A DNA stretch of 64,000 bases from Chrysomallon squamiferum (Eukaryota > Animalia > Mollusca), in assembly GCA_012295275.1 (NCBI GenBank), contig CM022674.1:17050001-17114000 (forward strand), read 5' to 3'. The position numbers and the translations under genes are program-made. The notes beneath the pieces are model-generated. The model searched no databases, had not been told where the DNA came from, and saw only the letters and a program-made list of their open reading frames with translations. Shown one piece after another: positions 34,646 through 51,060 of the stretch; position 1 is the first letter of the stretch, and every line of letters begins with the position of its first letter.

Positions 34646-37031
34646 TTAGTTACTATCTTTAGCTTCATGCTCCAATAAAAAGGAAACAGTTTCATTTCTA
34701 TCACAATAATGTCTGTATCTCTTAGCTATTTCAAGAGGAGTTTCACCTATACCATTTTTAACATTTACATCAGCACATTTTTCAATCAGTGCTGTAACAA
34801 TTTCTACATTTCTATCTTCAACTGCTAAGTGTAAAACAGAATTGTTATCATTGTCGGTTAAATTAGGATCAGCTCCATGTTCCAGTAAAATCAAAGCTAT
34901 GATTGTCTTAGAGGACACAGGTGGAACTCCTAAAAAATGAAATGTATTGTATGTCAATAATGTAAAAAGAGGAGTTTCACCTTTTCTGTTCTTAACATTT
35001 GCATCAACACCTTTTTCAATCAGTGCTCTCACAATTTCTACATTTCTATGTTCAGCTGCTAAGTGTAAAACAGAACTGTTATAATTGTCTGTTAAATTAG
35101 GATCAGCTCCTTCTTTTAGTAAATACAAAAATATGTTGTAATTGTCAAACTGAACAGCTGTACAAAGGGGAGTTACACCTTGCATATTCCTTATATTTAC
35201 ATCAACACCTTTTTTAATCAGTGCTGTCACAACTTCTATATTTCCAACTACTGCTGCTGAGTGTAAACCAAAATTGTTATCACTGTCGGTTAAATTAGGA
35301 TCAGCTCCATGTTTCAGTAAAACAAAATCTACGTTTGTCTTAGAGGACACAGGTGGATCTTCATTGTATTTCAGAAATGTAAAAATAGGAGTTTCACCTT
35401 TTCTGTTCTTAACATTTACATGAACACCTTTCTCAATCAGTGCTGTAACAATTTCTACAAGCCATTATTAACTGCTAAGTGTAAAAACAGAATTGTTATC
35501 ATTGTCTGTTAAATTATGATCAGCTCCATGTTCCAGTAAAATCAAAGCTATGTTTGTCTTAGAGGACACAGGTGGAACTTTATTGTATTTCAGAACTGTA
35601 AAAGGAGGAGTTTCACCTTTTTAGTTCTTAACATTTACATCAACACCTTTTTCAATCAGTGCTGTCACAATTTCTGCATTTCCATGTCTAGCTGCTAAGT
35701 GTAAAACAGAATTGTTATCATTGTCTCTTAAATTAGGATCAGCTCCTTGTTTTAGTAAATAAAAAAATATTTTGTAATCGAGAAACTTAACAGCTGTAAA
35801 AAGAGGAGTTTCACCTTGCATATTCTTTACATTTACATCAACACCTTTTTCAATCAGTGCTGTCACAATTTCTACATTTCTATCTTCAACTGCTAAGTGT
35901 AAAACAGAATTGTTATCATTGTCGGTTAAATTAGGATCAGCTCCATGTTCCAGTAAAATCAAAGCTATGATTGTCTTAGAGGACACAGGTGGAACTCCTA
36001 AAAAATGAAATGTATTGTATGTCAATAATGTAAAAAGAGGAGTTTCACCTTTTCTGTTCTTAACATTTGCATCAACACCTTTTTCAATCAGTGCTCTCAC
36101 AATTTCTACATTTCTATGTTCAGCTGCTAAGTGTAAAACAGAACTGTTATAATTGTCTGTTAAATTAGGATCAGCTCCTTCTTTTAGTAAATACAAAAAT
36201 ATGTTGTAATTGTCAAACTGAACAGCTGTACAAAGGGGAGTTACACCTTGCATATTCCTTATATTTACATCAACACCTTTTTTAATCAGTGCTGTCACAA
36301 CTTCTATATTTCCAACTACTGCTGCTGAGTGTAAACCAAAATTGTTATCACTGTCGGTTAAATTAGGATCAGCTCCATGTTTCAGTAAAACAAAATCTAC
36401 GTTTGTCTTAGAGGACACAGGTGGATCTTCATTGTATTTCAGAAATGTAAAAATAGGAGTTTCACCTTTTCTGTTCTTAACATTTACATGAACACCTTTC
36501 TCAATCAGTGCTGTAACAATTTCTACAAGCCATTATTAACTGCTAAGTGTAAAAACAGAATTGTTATCATTGTCTGTTAAATTATGATCAGCTCCATGTT
36601 CCAGTAAAATCAAAGCTATGTTTGTCTTAGAGGACACAGGTGGAACTTTATTGTATTTCAGAACTGTAAAAGGAGGAGTTTCACCTTTTTAGTTCTTAAC
36701 ATTTACATCAACACCTTTTTCAATCAGTGCTGTCACAATTTCTGCATTTCCATGTCTAGCTGCTAAGTGTAAAACAGAATTGTTATCATTGTCTCTTAAA
36801 TTAGGATCAGCTCCTTGTTTTAGTAAATAAAAAAATATTTTGTAATCGAGAAACTTAACAGCTGTAAAAAGAGGAGTTTCACCTTGCATATTCTTTACAT
36901 TTACATCAACACCTTTTTCAATCAGTGCTGTCACAATTTCCACATTTCCATGGTTAGCTGCTAAGTGTAAAACAGTATTGTTATCATTGTCTCTTAAATT
37001 AGGATTAGCTCCTTCTTTAGTAAATACAAAA
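34646..37031 (-). pseudogene. Intronless ankyrin-repeat array; 5' end lost in the gap, internal stops
   Basis: About 20 ANK repeats alternating GETPLF.AV...LL..GADPN and NNSVLHLA...IV.ALIEKGVDVN. TAA at 35621 and 36689, local frameshift with stops near 35470 and 36540, terminal stop at 34646. Confidence 0.88.
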
Positions 37032-37231
37032 NNNNNNNNNNNNNNNNNNNNNNNNNNNNNNNNNNNNNNNNNNNNNNNNNNNNNNNNNNNNNNNNNNNNN
37101 NNNNNNNNNNNNNNNNNNNNNNNNNNNNNNNNNNNNNNNNNNNNNNNNNNNNNNNNNNNNNNNNNNNNNNNNNNNNNNNNNNNNNNNNNNNNNNNNNNNN
37201 NNNNNNNNNNNNNNNNNNNNNNNNNNNNNNN
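37032..37231. other. Assembly gap (200 N)
   Basis: Run of N. Confidence 0.99.
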
Positions 37232-37845
37232 TTATTAAGAAATATACAGATATTTGGACTTGAAACTTGCATATTATAAACCGAGGTCAACTTTAATCAA
37301 AAATATACTATTAGAAAATATACAGGATGACGTTAAAGAAAAAGTATTGTAAGAAAATATACAGGATATTTTTAATGCAAAAGGTATTATTAGAAAATAT
37401 ACAGTGTAATGTTGAACAAAAAACGTTTTATTAGAAATATACAGGGAAGCTTTAAACAAAAACATCTTACTAGAAAATATACTCGACAACTTTAAAAAAA
37501 TAATAATAATTATAATAAATAAAAAATGAAACTAGAATTGCTTGAAAATATACAGGGTAACGTTAAACAAAATAGATTTATTAAAAATATGCAGCGAAAC
37601 TTTAAACGGAAACGTATTATTGGAAAATATACAGGTTAACTTTGAACAAAAATGTATTATTAGAAAATATACTTTAAAGGGTAACTTTAAAGAAAACCGT
37701 ATTGTAACAAAATATACAGGATATCTTTAATGTAAAACGTATTATTAGAAAATATATAGTGTAATATTATAAAAAAACGTTTTATTAGAAATATACAGAG
37801 AAATTTAAGCAAAAAACGCATTACTAGAAAATATACTGGACCAAT

Positions 37846-37879
<34 letters not shown>

Positions 37880-40190
37880 CACGAATTGCTCGGAAATATA
37901 CAGGGTAACGTTAAACAAAACAGATTTATTAGACATATACAGTGAAACTTTAAACAAAAAACGTATTATTGGCAAATATACACGTAATTTTAATCAAAAA
38001 CAGATAATTAGAAAATATAAAGGATTTCTTTAAACAAATATATATTATTAGTAATATATAGAATGACTTTAAACAGAAACTCATTATTAGAAATATAGAG
38101 TAAAAGTTTAAACCAAAAAGTTTGATTAGGAATATATAATGGATAACGTTAAAGAAAATGCGTGTTATTGGAAAATATACAGCATATATTTGGATAGAAA
38201 CGTATTATTAGATAATATACAGGTTCACTTTAAGCAAAAATGTATTATTAGAAAATATACAGGATAACTTTAAACAACAACGTATGATTAGAAATATGCA
38301 GTGAAAGTAAACAGAAATATATTATTAGGAAAATATTCTGGATAGTGTTAAACAAAATACGTATTACTAAAAAATATATAGGGTAACATTAAACAAAAAC
38401 GTATTATTGGAAAATATACAAGATAACTTTCAACAAAAGACGTATTATTGGAAATATGCAATCTTTATTTTAAAGAGAAATGTATTATTAGAAATATATA
38501 GTAAAATTTTAAACAAAAACATATTATTAGAAATATACAGTGAAACTTAAAAAAAAATATATATCAGGGTAATTAAACAAATACGTCTTAATAGAAATGT
38601 ACAGTGTAACTTTAAACAAAAAGGTGTTACTAGAATTGTACGGAGTAACTATAAACAAAATGTATTAGTAGAAATACACAGTGAAATTATAAACGAAAAC
38701 GTATTATTAGAAAATATACTGGATAACTTTAAACAAAACACGTATTATCGGAAAATTTACAAAACAACTTTAAACAAAATATTAGGAAAATATACAGGGT
38801 AACTGTAAACAAAAACGTGTTCTTAGAATTGCATGTAATAAGTTTAAACAAAAGACGTATTATTAGAAAACATAGAGGATAAGTTTAAACAAAAACGTAT
38901 TATTAGAAAACATAGAGGATAAATTTAAACAAAAACGTACTATTAGAAAACATAGAGGATAAATTTAAACAAAAACGTATTATTAGAAAACATAGAGGAT
39001 AAATTTAAACAAAAAACGTATTATTAGAAAACATAGAGGATAAATTTAAACAAAAACGTATTATTAGAAAATATATGCAGGGTGTTTTTAAACAAAAACG
39101 TATTATTAGAAATATACAGTGAAACTTTGAACAAAAATATACTATTAGGAATATATACAGGGTAATTTTGAACAAAAACGTAGTATTAGACAATACACGT
39201 GATAATTTTAAACAAAACACGAATTGTTAGAAAATATACAGGCCAATGTTAAACAAAAACGATTTATTTTTAAATATACCGTGACACTTTAAAGAAAAAA
39301 CGTATTGTTAGAGATATACAGTGAAACTTTATACCAAAAAAACCCTATTATTTAGGAATATATAGAGGAGAACTTTAAAAAAAAAAATAGCATCGTTAGA
39401 AAATTATTAGAATTAAAATGCATTATTACAAAATATACTGGATAACTTTAAGTAAATATATAGCTATAAAATGTACAGGATGAATTTAAACAAAAACGTA
39501 TTATTAGGAAATATACAGGTTAACTTTAAGCAAAAACGCTCTATTAGAAAATACTCAGGGTAGCATAGCATAACATTATACAAAAGCATATTCTTAGAAA
39601 TATACAGAGAAACTTTAAACATGAATACATTTGTGCACATATACAGGTCACTAAAATATATTATTAGAAATATGCAGTATTAAATTAATTTTTAAAAATA
39701 TTATTAGAAATATACAACGAAATGTAAAAAAATAAGCTATTTTCAGAAATATGCACTATTATTAGAATCGCAAGTTCGAGAAAAAACAACAAGAAAAACA
39801 CAACAACAAGGTATTATTAGAAATATGCAATGTAACTTTTAAAAAAACATACTATAAGAAATATGCAATGTAACTTGATCAAAAACGTTTTACTGGAATT
39901 ATGGGGTGTAGCTTTTATATGTTATTATTGTTATTATTATTATTACTATTATTATTATTAAAAATATGCACTGTAAATAAGTAAGAAATGTATTACTAGA
40001 AATATACAGTACACTATTAAACAAAAACGTTTCAGAAATATACAGAATAAGTATAGACAAGAACCTGTTTTAAAGAATATGCTGTGTAAGTTTAAACAGG
40101 AAGGTGCTATTAGGGATAAGCATTGTAATTTTAAACATAAACTTATAAATGAAAAAATGCAGTGTATCTTTTAACAAAAGTTAATATTAA
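37232..40190. repeat. AT-rich ~40-bp tandem satellite, degenerate, ~3 kb
   Basis: Consensus like tttaaacaaaaacgtattattagaaaatatacagggtaac, with near-perfect units at 38845-39070. Confidence 0.9.
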
Positions 40191-40582
40191 ATGTATCTTA
40201 AAACGAAAAGTGTATCATCATCATCATCATCACCAGCAACAACATTATGAACATCATCGTCACCGTTTTCTTCACCATACTGAATCTTCTCTTTAGTCGT
40301 TGTATGATTGTTTTAAGTAGAAACTGACCAGGCACAGATTTCTCAATTCTGTTAAAATGTTTACTTTGAACAAGTCTGTAAAATAATAACAATAAAAAAA
40401 CAAAAACAAACAGAAAAAACCCAACTTAAATTAGTTTTTACTCTGACTGATAGAGAACCACGAATTATATATATAATTCGTCTGTAGTTGTGTGTCTGTG
40501 ACTTTATATATAGTGCGTATACGTGTACGTTTGAAAACATTAAAAAAAAAAGATAATTGTGATTACTTGTTTACTTTCTTTT

Positions 40583-43500
40583 TTATTTTTCTCTGCTCAT
40601 TTGGTGACTACTTCTTCTGTCACTGTTAAATGCTTCTTTTCTTTGTCCCGTCACAGTGTCGTCTGTATCAGGCGAATCGAGTCTGGAGATACTGTCTGAG
40701 TTTCCCTGGATATTATGCCTGTCTGTGTTGGTTACTCGATAATCCAGTTCTGATGTAATTTTCGGATTTCTCTCCTCATTCAATTTCTCTCCTCCTCGAT
40801 AATAGGTTTACGTTTTTGGTCTAATATAATCTTTGGCTTTAGTTCCTATGGGATAATTCTTGAATATCTTTTCTCCTTGGTAATCGCTCTGAAATTTTGC
40901 TATAGGATAATCCCTCATTTTAATTTTTCTGGGATCATTTTTCTCTTTATTTGTATTCTGAAAATACTCGTCTCTCTTTGTTTTAGGATTATATCTGTCT
41001 TTATCTGCTCTTGGATAATCGCTCTCGGATTTTCTTCTGAGATGATATTTCTCCGTATTTGCTTTTGTAAAATCTCTTTCTCTGTATGCTTTGGAATTAT
41101 TTGAGGGATTACTGCTGTTTCGAATTGTTTTCCAAATACACTTGGTTTTTTCAGTTCTTGTATAATGGCTGTCTGAACGTTTTCCGTGTGATTTTTCCAC
41201 CTTAATATCTGAAAGTGTGATTTTAGCCTCGACTATGGATGACTCTCTATCTAACGGCTTATTGCTGGCAAATCCTTCTGACGCCCTTCTTTTAGTACAT
41301 TTGTCTGATGTCCTTGTGTTACTGTCTTTGTCTACGAGCCTACTGTTATTATCTTTCTCTGACGTCCATCTGTTACTATTTCTGTCTAACTCTCTTCTAT
41401 TGATATCTCCCGCTGACGCCCTTCTGTTAGTATCTTTCTGTGATGCCGTTCTGAATAACACATCACTGTCAGGATATCGATCTGACGACCTTCAGCAGCT
41501 ACCTTTGTGTGTCGGCTTACTATTAGTGTCTCTCTCTGTCGTCCTTCTGTTACTATCTCTATCTGTCGCACTGCTATTAGTATCTCTCTCTGTCGTCCTT
41601 CTGTTACTACCTTTGTCTGTCGCCCTACTATTAGCATCTTTCTCTGTCGTCCTTCAGTTACTATCTTTGTCTGCAGCTCTGCTATTAGTATCTCTCTCTG
41701 TCGTCCTTCTGTTACTATCTTTGTCTGTCGCCCTACTATTAGCATCTTTCTCTGTCGTCCTTCAGTTACTATCTTTGTCTGCCGCTCTGCTATTAGTATC
41801 TCTCTCTGTCGTCCTTCTGTTACTATCTCTGTCTGCAGCACTGCTATTAGTATCTCTCTGTCGTCATTCTGTTACTATCTTTGTCTGCCGCTCTGCTATT
41901 AGTATCTCTCTCTGTCGTCCTTCTGTTACTATCTCTGTCTGCAGCACTGCTATTAGTATCTCTCTCTGTCGTCATTCTGTTACTACCTTTGTCTGTCGCC
42001 CTACTATTAGCATCTTTCTCTGTCGTCCTTCAGTTACTAGCTTTGTCTGCAGCTCTGCTATTAGTATCTCTCTCTGTCGTCCTTCTGTTACTATCTCTGT
42101 CTGCAGCACTGCTATTAGTATCTCTCTCTGTCGTCATTCTGTTACTATCTTTGTCTGCCGCTCTGCTATTAGTATCTCTCTCTGTCGTCCTTCTGTTACT
42201 ATCTTTGTCTGCCGCTCTGCTATTAGCATCTCTCTCTGTCGTCCTTCTGTTACTATCTCTGTCTGCAGCACTGCTATTAGTATCTCTCTCTGTCGTCATT
42301 CTGTTACTATCTCTGTCTGCAGCACTGCTATTAGCATCTCTCTCTGTCGTCCTTCTGTTACTATCTCTGTCTGCAGCACTGCTATTAGTATATCTCTCTG
42401 TCGTCCTTCTGTTACTATCTTTGTCTGTCGCCCTGCTATTAGTATATCTCTCTGACGTCCGTCTGTTGGTATCTCTATCTGTTGGTACATTTGTCTGATG
42501 TCTTTCTGTTAGTATGGTTGTCTCACACCTCGCTGTCAAGATGTCGATCTGAAACCCTTCTCCTACCACCTCTGTCTGACGTCCATCTGAACGTATCTCT
42601 GTCTGATCCGCTACTGTTAGTATATCTGTCTGACGCCCTACTGTTAGAATATCTATCTGAAGCCCTTCTCTGTGTATCTGTATATGACGACTTTCTGTCA
42701 GTATCTCTGTCCCTCGCCATTCTATTAGTATTTCTGTCTCACACCCAAGTCTTATTATCTCTATCTGACGTCCTTTTCTTAGTTTCACTGTCTGACGACC
42801 TACTGTTAGCATCTCTGTTGGACGTCATTTCGGAGGAACTAATTTTATTAGTTTTTGTACTGGAACAAATTTCGCACTCTGCATTCTTCCCGAAATAGTC
42901 AAAATAAATATGACCTGAAACAAAAATATGCTTCCAGAATTATAATTTCTGTCATGGTGTTTTTTGAAAAAAAAAAAAAAAAAAAAAAAAATTTTTTATT
43001 TCTAATCCTATGGAATAGCTGGATATAGGGACTGAACCATCATTGAACGTAAAAGTTAATAGATCTAGGTCGAAGGCAACAGAAAATAAAAAATGAAAAT
43101 AAAAATAAAATAAGGAAGTAAAGAAAAATATAAAGAAATAAAAAAAAAAAATTATAACTGAGAAATAAGTAAATATATAAACAAAGAAATAAAATTATTT
43201 AGATAGAACTGAAATATGTAAGATTTGGAAATATGCGAATCAGCCAAAAATGAGATATATAAAGGTAATAATTTAATAACAAATACAAAATATTTCGATA
43301 TTAATTTGACGTTATTTTAAATATGTAATTTTGGACAAAGACATCTATACGTTTTTAATTAAAAACAGAGATACACAAATACAGTGTTCTCACCTGCTTG
43401 ACATTTCCGCCATCCTTCCGTACTGAAATTAATGGTGATTTTATCTGTGGAGACGTAACGAAGAGATATTTCACTTGCAGGAAGGAAAGGAACCCGCGAT

Positions 43501-45240
43501 TGAACTATTTCTTGACGTTCTGGAGTAAAGGCATTTTCATCTATAGCGAACTATTCAATTACTTCAGTAACATCATTTGTATTGTCTGTGATTTTCTCGG
43601 AATCGTTGGCGTCGTCTGAAGCTGATTTTAGATCGATTATCAGTTTCAGTCTTTTCGTTTCATTGTCTGCATCACATTCCTCCTGCTTCGTAAATATTCT
43701 TCTGTGCTTTGATATCCAAGTCTGGAAACGAACCATATCTTTCTCATGTTCACTGATCCCCATCTTACGAAAATATGTTTTAAACGTACGACAGTTATTT
43801 TTAAGAGCCAGAAGCTTCTCACTTTGTCTTTAGTAATAGTCTATTTTTCCTGCTTTATTAAATGAAGCTTGATATAATCTACGTCCAGTAAAGTTTGTGT
43901 GATGACGTCTCTATATCTTCGACTGTGTCTAATTGCCACGTTGCAGCTTGGACAACGTTTTAACTGGATTCTCTCGGATTTCGACTCCATCAGCTTGTCG
44001 AGAGTTATGACATCAAAGATATGTCCGCAGTCTTCCAGCTGCACAAACAGAGAGTAATTTCGTTTATCAGCCTGCAAAGCTTTCAGTTCATCTCTGTTAC
44101 AAATTCGACAAAGATCAGGAAACTTTTCTCCTACCAGACCAATGCATCTGCGCTGACACGACAGGTTCTTCATACACCGCTTGTTGGAGCGTGGCATATT
44201 CCACACATCACAGCATCGTCTACGAATGTTCCTTCCCTTGTACCTGATGACGCAGTTTTCACGGCACACTGTACAGCGGTCACCACATAACCTTTAACAG
44301 GACAGATGGACACAGCTGTTCTCACACGGCAGAGGACAAAGTGGACACGTAGAACAGTCACTGACACATTTGTGTCCACACAGCAGACGTTTCCTGGATT
44401 TGTCCTTGCAAGCAACGTGAAGTCGACTTTGAACACATTCGTGACAACTACCACGACAAATATGACCACATTTGAAAACGGCGCTACACTTTACATGACA
44501 AACTGCTTCTCGTTCATGACAAACCATTTCAATTTCATGACCACATTTCAAAACGGTCAGGCATTTCACATTACAAATGGCGATGTCTTGTTCGTGACAA
44601 ACCACATCAATTTCGTGTCCGCAGTACAAACCAACATGCTTTGCTAGCTGCATGCACTTGATTGTACTTGCATCGGCAGAGCAAGGAATTTCTTGTTTCT
44701 GTCCACACGCTGGTATCACCTTGGTAACGAGAGCGACACACTCTCTGCTATCTTCAGAACATAGAAGCGCTATGTTGAAATCCACACAAAATTCTTTCAA
44801 ACGGTTTCTGACATTTGTATTCGAGATGAGGCGGATCACCTGGATGACACGGCAGTTCACACACGTGACCACAGTTCAGTCTGTACGTGCACTGCTTTCT
44901 GCAGCCTCCTTCAGGAACCAAACTGAAATCTTCTGCTTTCGCAGCTTTTATTCCTTCATCTTTGACGTGATTTCGACAATAAAGACCAAGAGCATTTCCC
45001 AGCTCGTCGGTCGATTTCAAATCGTCAATAATGGTTTTCCATAATTTACTCTGTTGACCGACCAGGGTAAAGTTTCCTATCATGTAAATTCCAATTCTAG
45101 CTCTGGAAAGAGCTACACACACTCGGTTGTCCGTTTTCAGAAAGCCAATACTCCCCTCCAGATTGCTGCGTACCAGAGACTGCAGTATGATATCATTCTC
45201 CTCTCCTTGGTAACTGTCAACATCTGTGACAGTGACAATT
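40583..45240 (-). pseudogene. ZNFX1: NFX1-type zinc finger-containing protein 1 (ZNFX1)-like SF1 RNA helicase, 3' half only, disrupted
   Basis: VDSYQGEENDIILQSLVRSN..GSIGFLKTDNRVCVALSRARIGIYMIGNF (UPF1-like motifs V/VI), PEGGC, many CGHxC NF-X1 fingers, CIGLVGEKFP..C, FVQLEDCGHIF...CPSC. Intron 42915-43393 splits GWRKCQAG|HIY. Frameshifts ~44780 and ~43845; stops at 44294, 43551 and several in the last exon. Confidence 0.9.
41500..42480 (-). repeat. 54-bp (2x27) tandem repeat in the ZNFX1 last exon, reading (ERDTNSSAADRDSNRRTT)n
   Basis: Plus-strand unit ctgtcgtccttctgttactatctctgtctgcagcactgctattagtatctctct, about 18 copies, with more diverged 27-bp units on both sides. Confidence 0.9.
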
Positions 45241-45637
45241 ACAAATATTACCTAAAACTCAATTAATTTTCTTATCTGATTCGTTTTCACAAGTCTTACA
45301 TTCGTTCTCTTACTTTCTTTTGTTTTCATTTCTGTCTCTAGTTCAATCTTTTTCACTCTTTCTGGCTGTCTGTATCCTTCCGTCGTTGTGTATGTTTCTC
45401 TGTGTCACTTGTTTTCGTTTTCACATTATGACCGATCATCTAATTCTTTATCTGGAACACACAAACTCACATACCGGCACACAAACTACACATCTACACA
45501 TACACAAACACATAAGCTAAATCAAACTCATTTATTTATTTATTTACTTATTTATTGTTATTTTTATTGTTTATGCTTTCAAACCTTCAGCCAGTACCCG
45601 CATTTTGTAAGATAAACAAAATTGAATTTAATTATCC

Positions 45638-45788
<151 letters not shown>

Positions 45789-45975
45789 GGAGTTTAAATT
45801 CATCATAAAAACACTTGTTCTAAACAAAAGTTATGGTCTCTACTGACAAAGACACACACAAGTGAGAAATGAAAATATTTCTGATTACAAAGCACCTACA
45901 TCAAATGTTAAACTTGACTTACCATGTGAGTAGAAATAAATTACCTAAAACTCAATTAATTTTCTTATTACATAG

Positions 45976-47957
<1,982 letters not shown>

Positions 47958-49392
47958 ATCAGGTAAAGTGAACATTTTATATTAATAACTTGTTGGTCAT
48001 CCTAGCAAATTTAGAAATAGCTTATCATTACAGCAACGTTAGTAGTAGTAATAATATAAGTTACAGTTGTGTAGTAGTAGTCGGAGCACCAATAGAATAA
48101 GTAGAAATGTTGATGGTAATGATCGTAGTCGTAGCAGTGGAAGTTCTACCAGTAATAACAATGATAACATTCACAGCAGCAGTATAATTGTCTTGGTGAC
48201 AGAGGCAGTTTTGGTTGCTGTGGAAATTATAGAACTAATATGGTAATAGTTGTAGTTGTACTTTTTTAATTCTACAAGTGATTGTTGTAGTGGTAGTTGT
48301 ACTTTTAGTAGTTCTATAATTGATTGTTGTAGTGGTAGTCGTAGGAGTAATTTGTTTTATGCACGTTCGTGGAATGCTCACCGTCTTCCATCTGACCTAA
48401 TATCTTTAATATTTCCACAAAATACTGTATTTATTTATTTATTTATTTGTTTATTTATTTGATTTGATTTGATTGTTTATTTCAGGTTAAAATCAATATG
48501 AAAAGAAAAGTAGATGATTGTAATATTATTATATGTTAACATGTCTGTTTCAAGAAGGATCTTCACGTGGACATTCTCTGACATTTTTTATCTTTATGTT
48601 CATGGAATCAACGTGAACGTGAAAATAATAATAATAATAATAATACATAAATAAATAAATAAATTAATAAATTAATAAATTAATAAAAACAACAAAGGAA
48701 ACAACATAGAAGTATGTTTGCTCGTGGGATCTTAGCACTTAGATGTGTGTTACAGGCGAGACGTAGGAATTACTTTCTGTTTCTGAAGGGTGACGCGGTT
48801 CAGAGAAATTAGTCTGGCACAGGTTTAAATGGAGAGAAAAACAAATAGTTTAACTTTATTTATTTATTTGTTGTGATGAATTGTTATAGCTGTATATTTT
48901 ACGAAGAGTTAATGAAAACATTCTAGTGTGGTGTTTTAACATAATTTAACACTAGATATGTTAAAAAGTTAACTGGCATGTATAACAAACCACTCTCAGT
49001 TTGTTCAGATTTTGTCGTTTTTTTGGTTTTTTCTGACAATGAATTCAAGAACTATAAACAATGTAGTTCATAGCTGTGGATTTTAGTTTTCTAAAATATA
49101 TTTCCCATCATACCTCTGTAAAAGGAATTGATTTCACATGATCTCTATCAGTAAGGACACACTTCATCGGGGGAGCCTCACCTGTAAGTAAATTATATTA
49201 AGTTTATTATTCATTAAACATAAACTTAGCAACTGTTTGTTTATTTAATTATGAATGTCATGTAAATAAACGAAAATCTGATATATAGATAAATTTGTAT
49301 ATTTGTATCATTAATTTCTACTTGTTTTATTTTTGGATTTAATTTGTGTTTAAAATGTAAACAGATGAAGTATATACAAATAATTTGTAAAG

Positions 49393-49433
<41 letters not shown>

Positions 49434-50487
49434 GTGTGTGTATATATAAATATATAATAATATATAATAATACGCAAATCTCTAAAATAATAACTGATGT
49501 TTTGAGACAGGATCCCAGGCTAGCTCTTATATGTGTACTTTATGTGTGTAGTCTGTTCACAGTATGTGTGTGTGTATATATATAGTGTGTGTGTGTGTGG
49601 TCGTTATCATGACTAGGGGATTATATGACTATGACAATGATTGGCAAATATTAAATTGTGACAGTAATATATATATATAGACAGAAGCTAAATAACATCA
49701 ACAAGAGAACAGTTTGAGTTCATTATTTATATGCAGAATATGTCTCGTAATAATATGAAAAACTAGAAGCGGAACAATTAAAGTCGGGAGAATCAAGTTA
49801 TTACGTTAATGTGTGTGTGTAACAGTTTAAAGAACAAAAATAAAAGTATCTTAACAGATTATTATTACTAGCCCTAGTGTTTCCATTACTACAATTATTA
49901 CTAGATCTATTATTTCCACAACTATTATTAGTAACCCTCCTATTTCCACAATCATTATTATTACTATCCCTACCATTTCCAGTACTACTATTATTACTTG
50001 CCGTATTATTTCCACAACTATTATTACTAGCCCTACTGTTTCCATTACTACAATTATTACTAGATCTACTATTTCCACAACTATTATTACTAGCGCTACC
50101 ATTTTCAATACTACTACTATTATTATTATCTCTACTATTTCCAGTAATACTATTATTACTAGCTCTATTATTTCCACAACTATTATTACTAGCCTCCCTA
50201 ATGTTTCCATTACTACAATTATTACTAGCTCTACTATTTCCACAACTATTATTACTATTATTACTACCTCTACCATTTTCAATACTACTATTATTATTAG
50301 CCCTACTATTTCCATTACTATTATTACTACTAGCCCTACTATTTCCAGTACTACTATTATTACTAGCCCTACTATTTCCAGTGCTACTATTATTACGGTT
50401 ATCTAACTTATGTTGATATTCCCCTCAATTTACCTTAATTACCTGATGACCGATATCACCTGAAACGAGAAAGGAAAGTTAAATTAT

Positions 50488-50564
50488 CCGAGCGGAGCAA
50501 GGATTTGAACTCCAAGCAGCGAGCGTAGCTAGCGTGAACGTTAACCACGACACCATCCGATCTC
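50488..50564 (-). promoter_or_regulatory. tRNA-like / Pol III type-2 promoter in the left arm
   Basis: Minus strand reads A-box-like TGGTGTCGTGG and B-box-like GGAGTTCAAATCC at tRNA-like spacing. Confidence 0.5.
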
Positions 50565-50984
50565 CGACGACCACAATACATAAAGAACTTCTAGTCAATC
50601 CTGCGATCGATGTTGTGCAATCGATTTGGAGTTACCTCCCAACATGGCGATTATCTGTAGAAGCCGCCATTTTCGGAATTTGCATAATATCCTGCAATAC
50701 TATAAGAATTATATAACTTCCGGGAATAAAGACATCATGTTTATTTTTAGAAACTATGTAATGCAATTCTTTTAATTTTATATAAATGTTTATTTCATTA
50801 AATATTTTATTTTATATGCTAAATATTAACGAATGTGTGGATTTATATTTAAAATAGTCAGATAAAATAAAATGAAAATGACGGCTTCTGCAAGATAATC
50901 GCCATGTTGGGAGATAAGCCAAAATCGACTGCACAACATCGATCGCAGGATTGACTAGAAGTTCTTTTCGTATGTTGATCGTCC

Positions 50985-51060
50985 GAGATCGGATGGTGTC
51001 ATGGTTAGAGTTCACGCTAGCTACGCTCGCTGCTTGGAGTTCGAATCCTCACACGCTCGG
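50985..51060 (+). promoter_or_regulatory. tRNA-like / Pol III type-2 promoter in the right arm
   Basis: TGGTGTCATGG at 50994-51004 and GGAGTTCGAATCC at 51036-51048. Cloverleaf stems are poor, so it is not called a tRNA gene. Confidence 0.55.

Noticed and set aside
34646-37031. Endosymbiont-derived (horizontally transferred) ankyrin gene
   Set aside because: Intronless ANK arrays are common in invertebrates, base composition matches the host, and there are no bacterial neighbours. A phylogeny would be needed.
37232-42480. CRISPR-like array
   Set aside because: The units are contiguous tandem repeats without unique spacers, the context is eukaryotic, and there are no cas genes.
41217-42898. 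Long plus-strand Leu/Ser-rich ORFs (412, 205, 138 aa)
   Set aside because: These are antisense readings of the 54-bp repeat. The minus strand connects by splicing to ZNFX1.
50985-51060. Functional tRNA gene
   Set aside because: A/B boxes are present, but acceptor, D and anticodon stems pair poorly.
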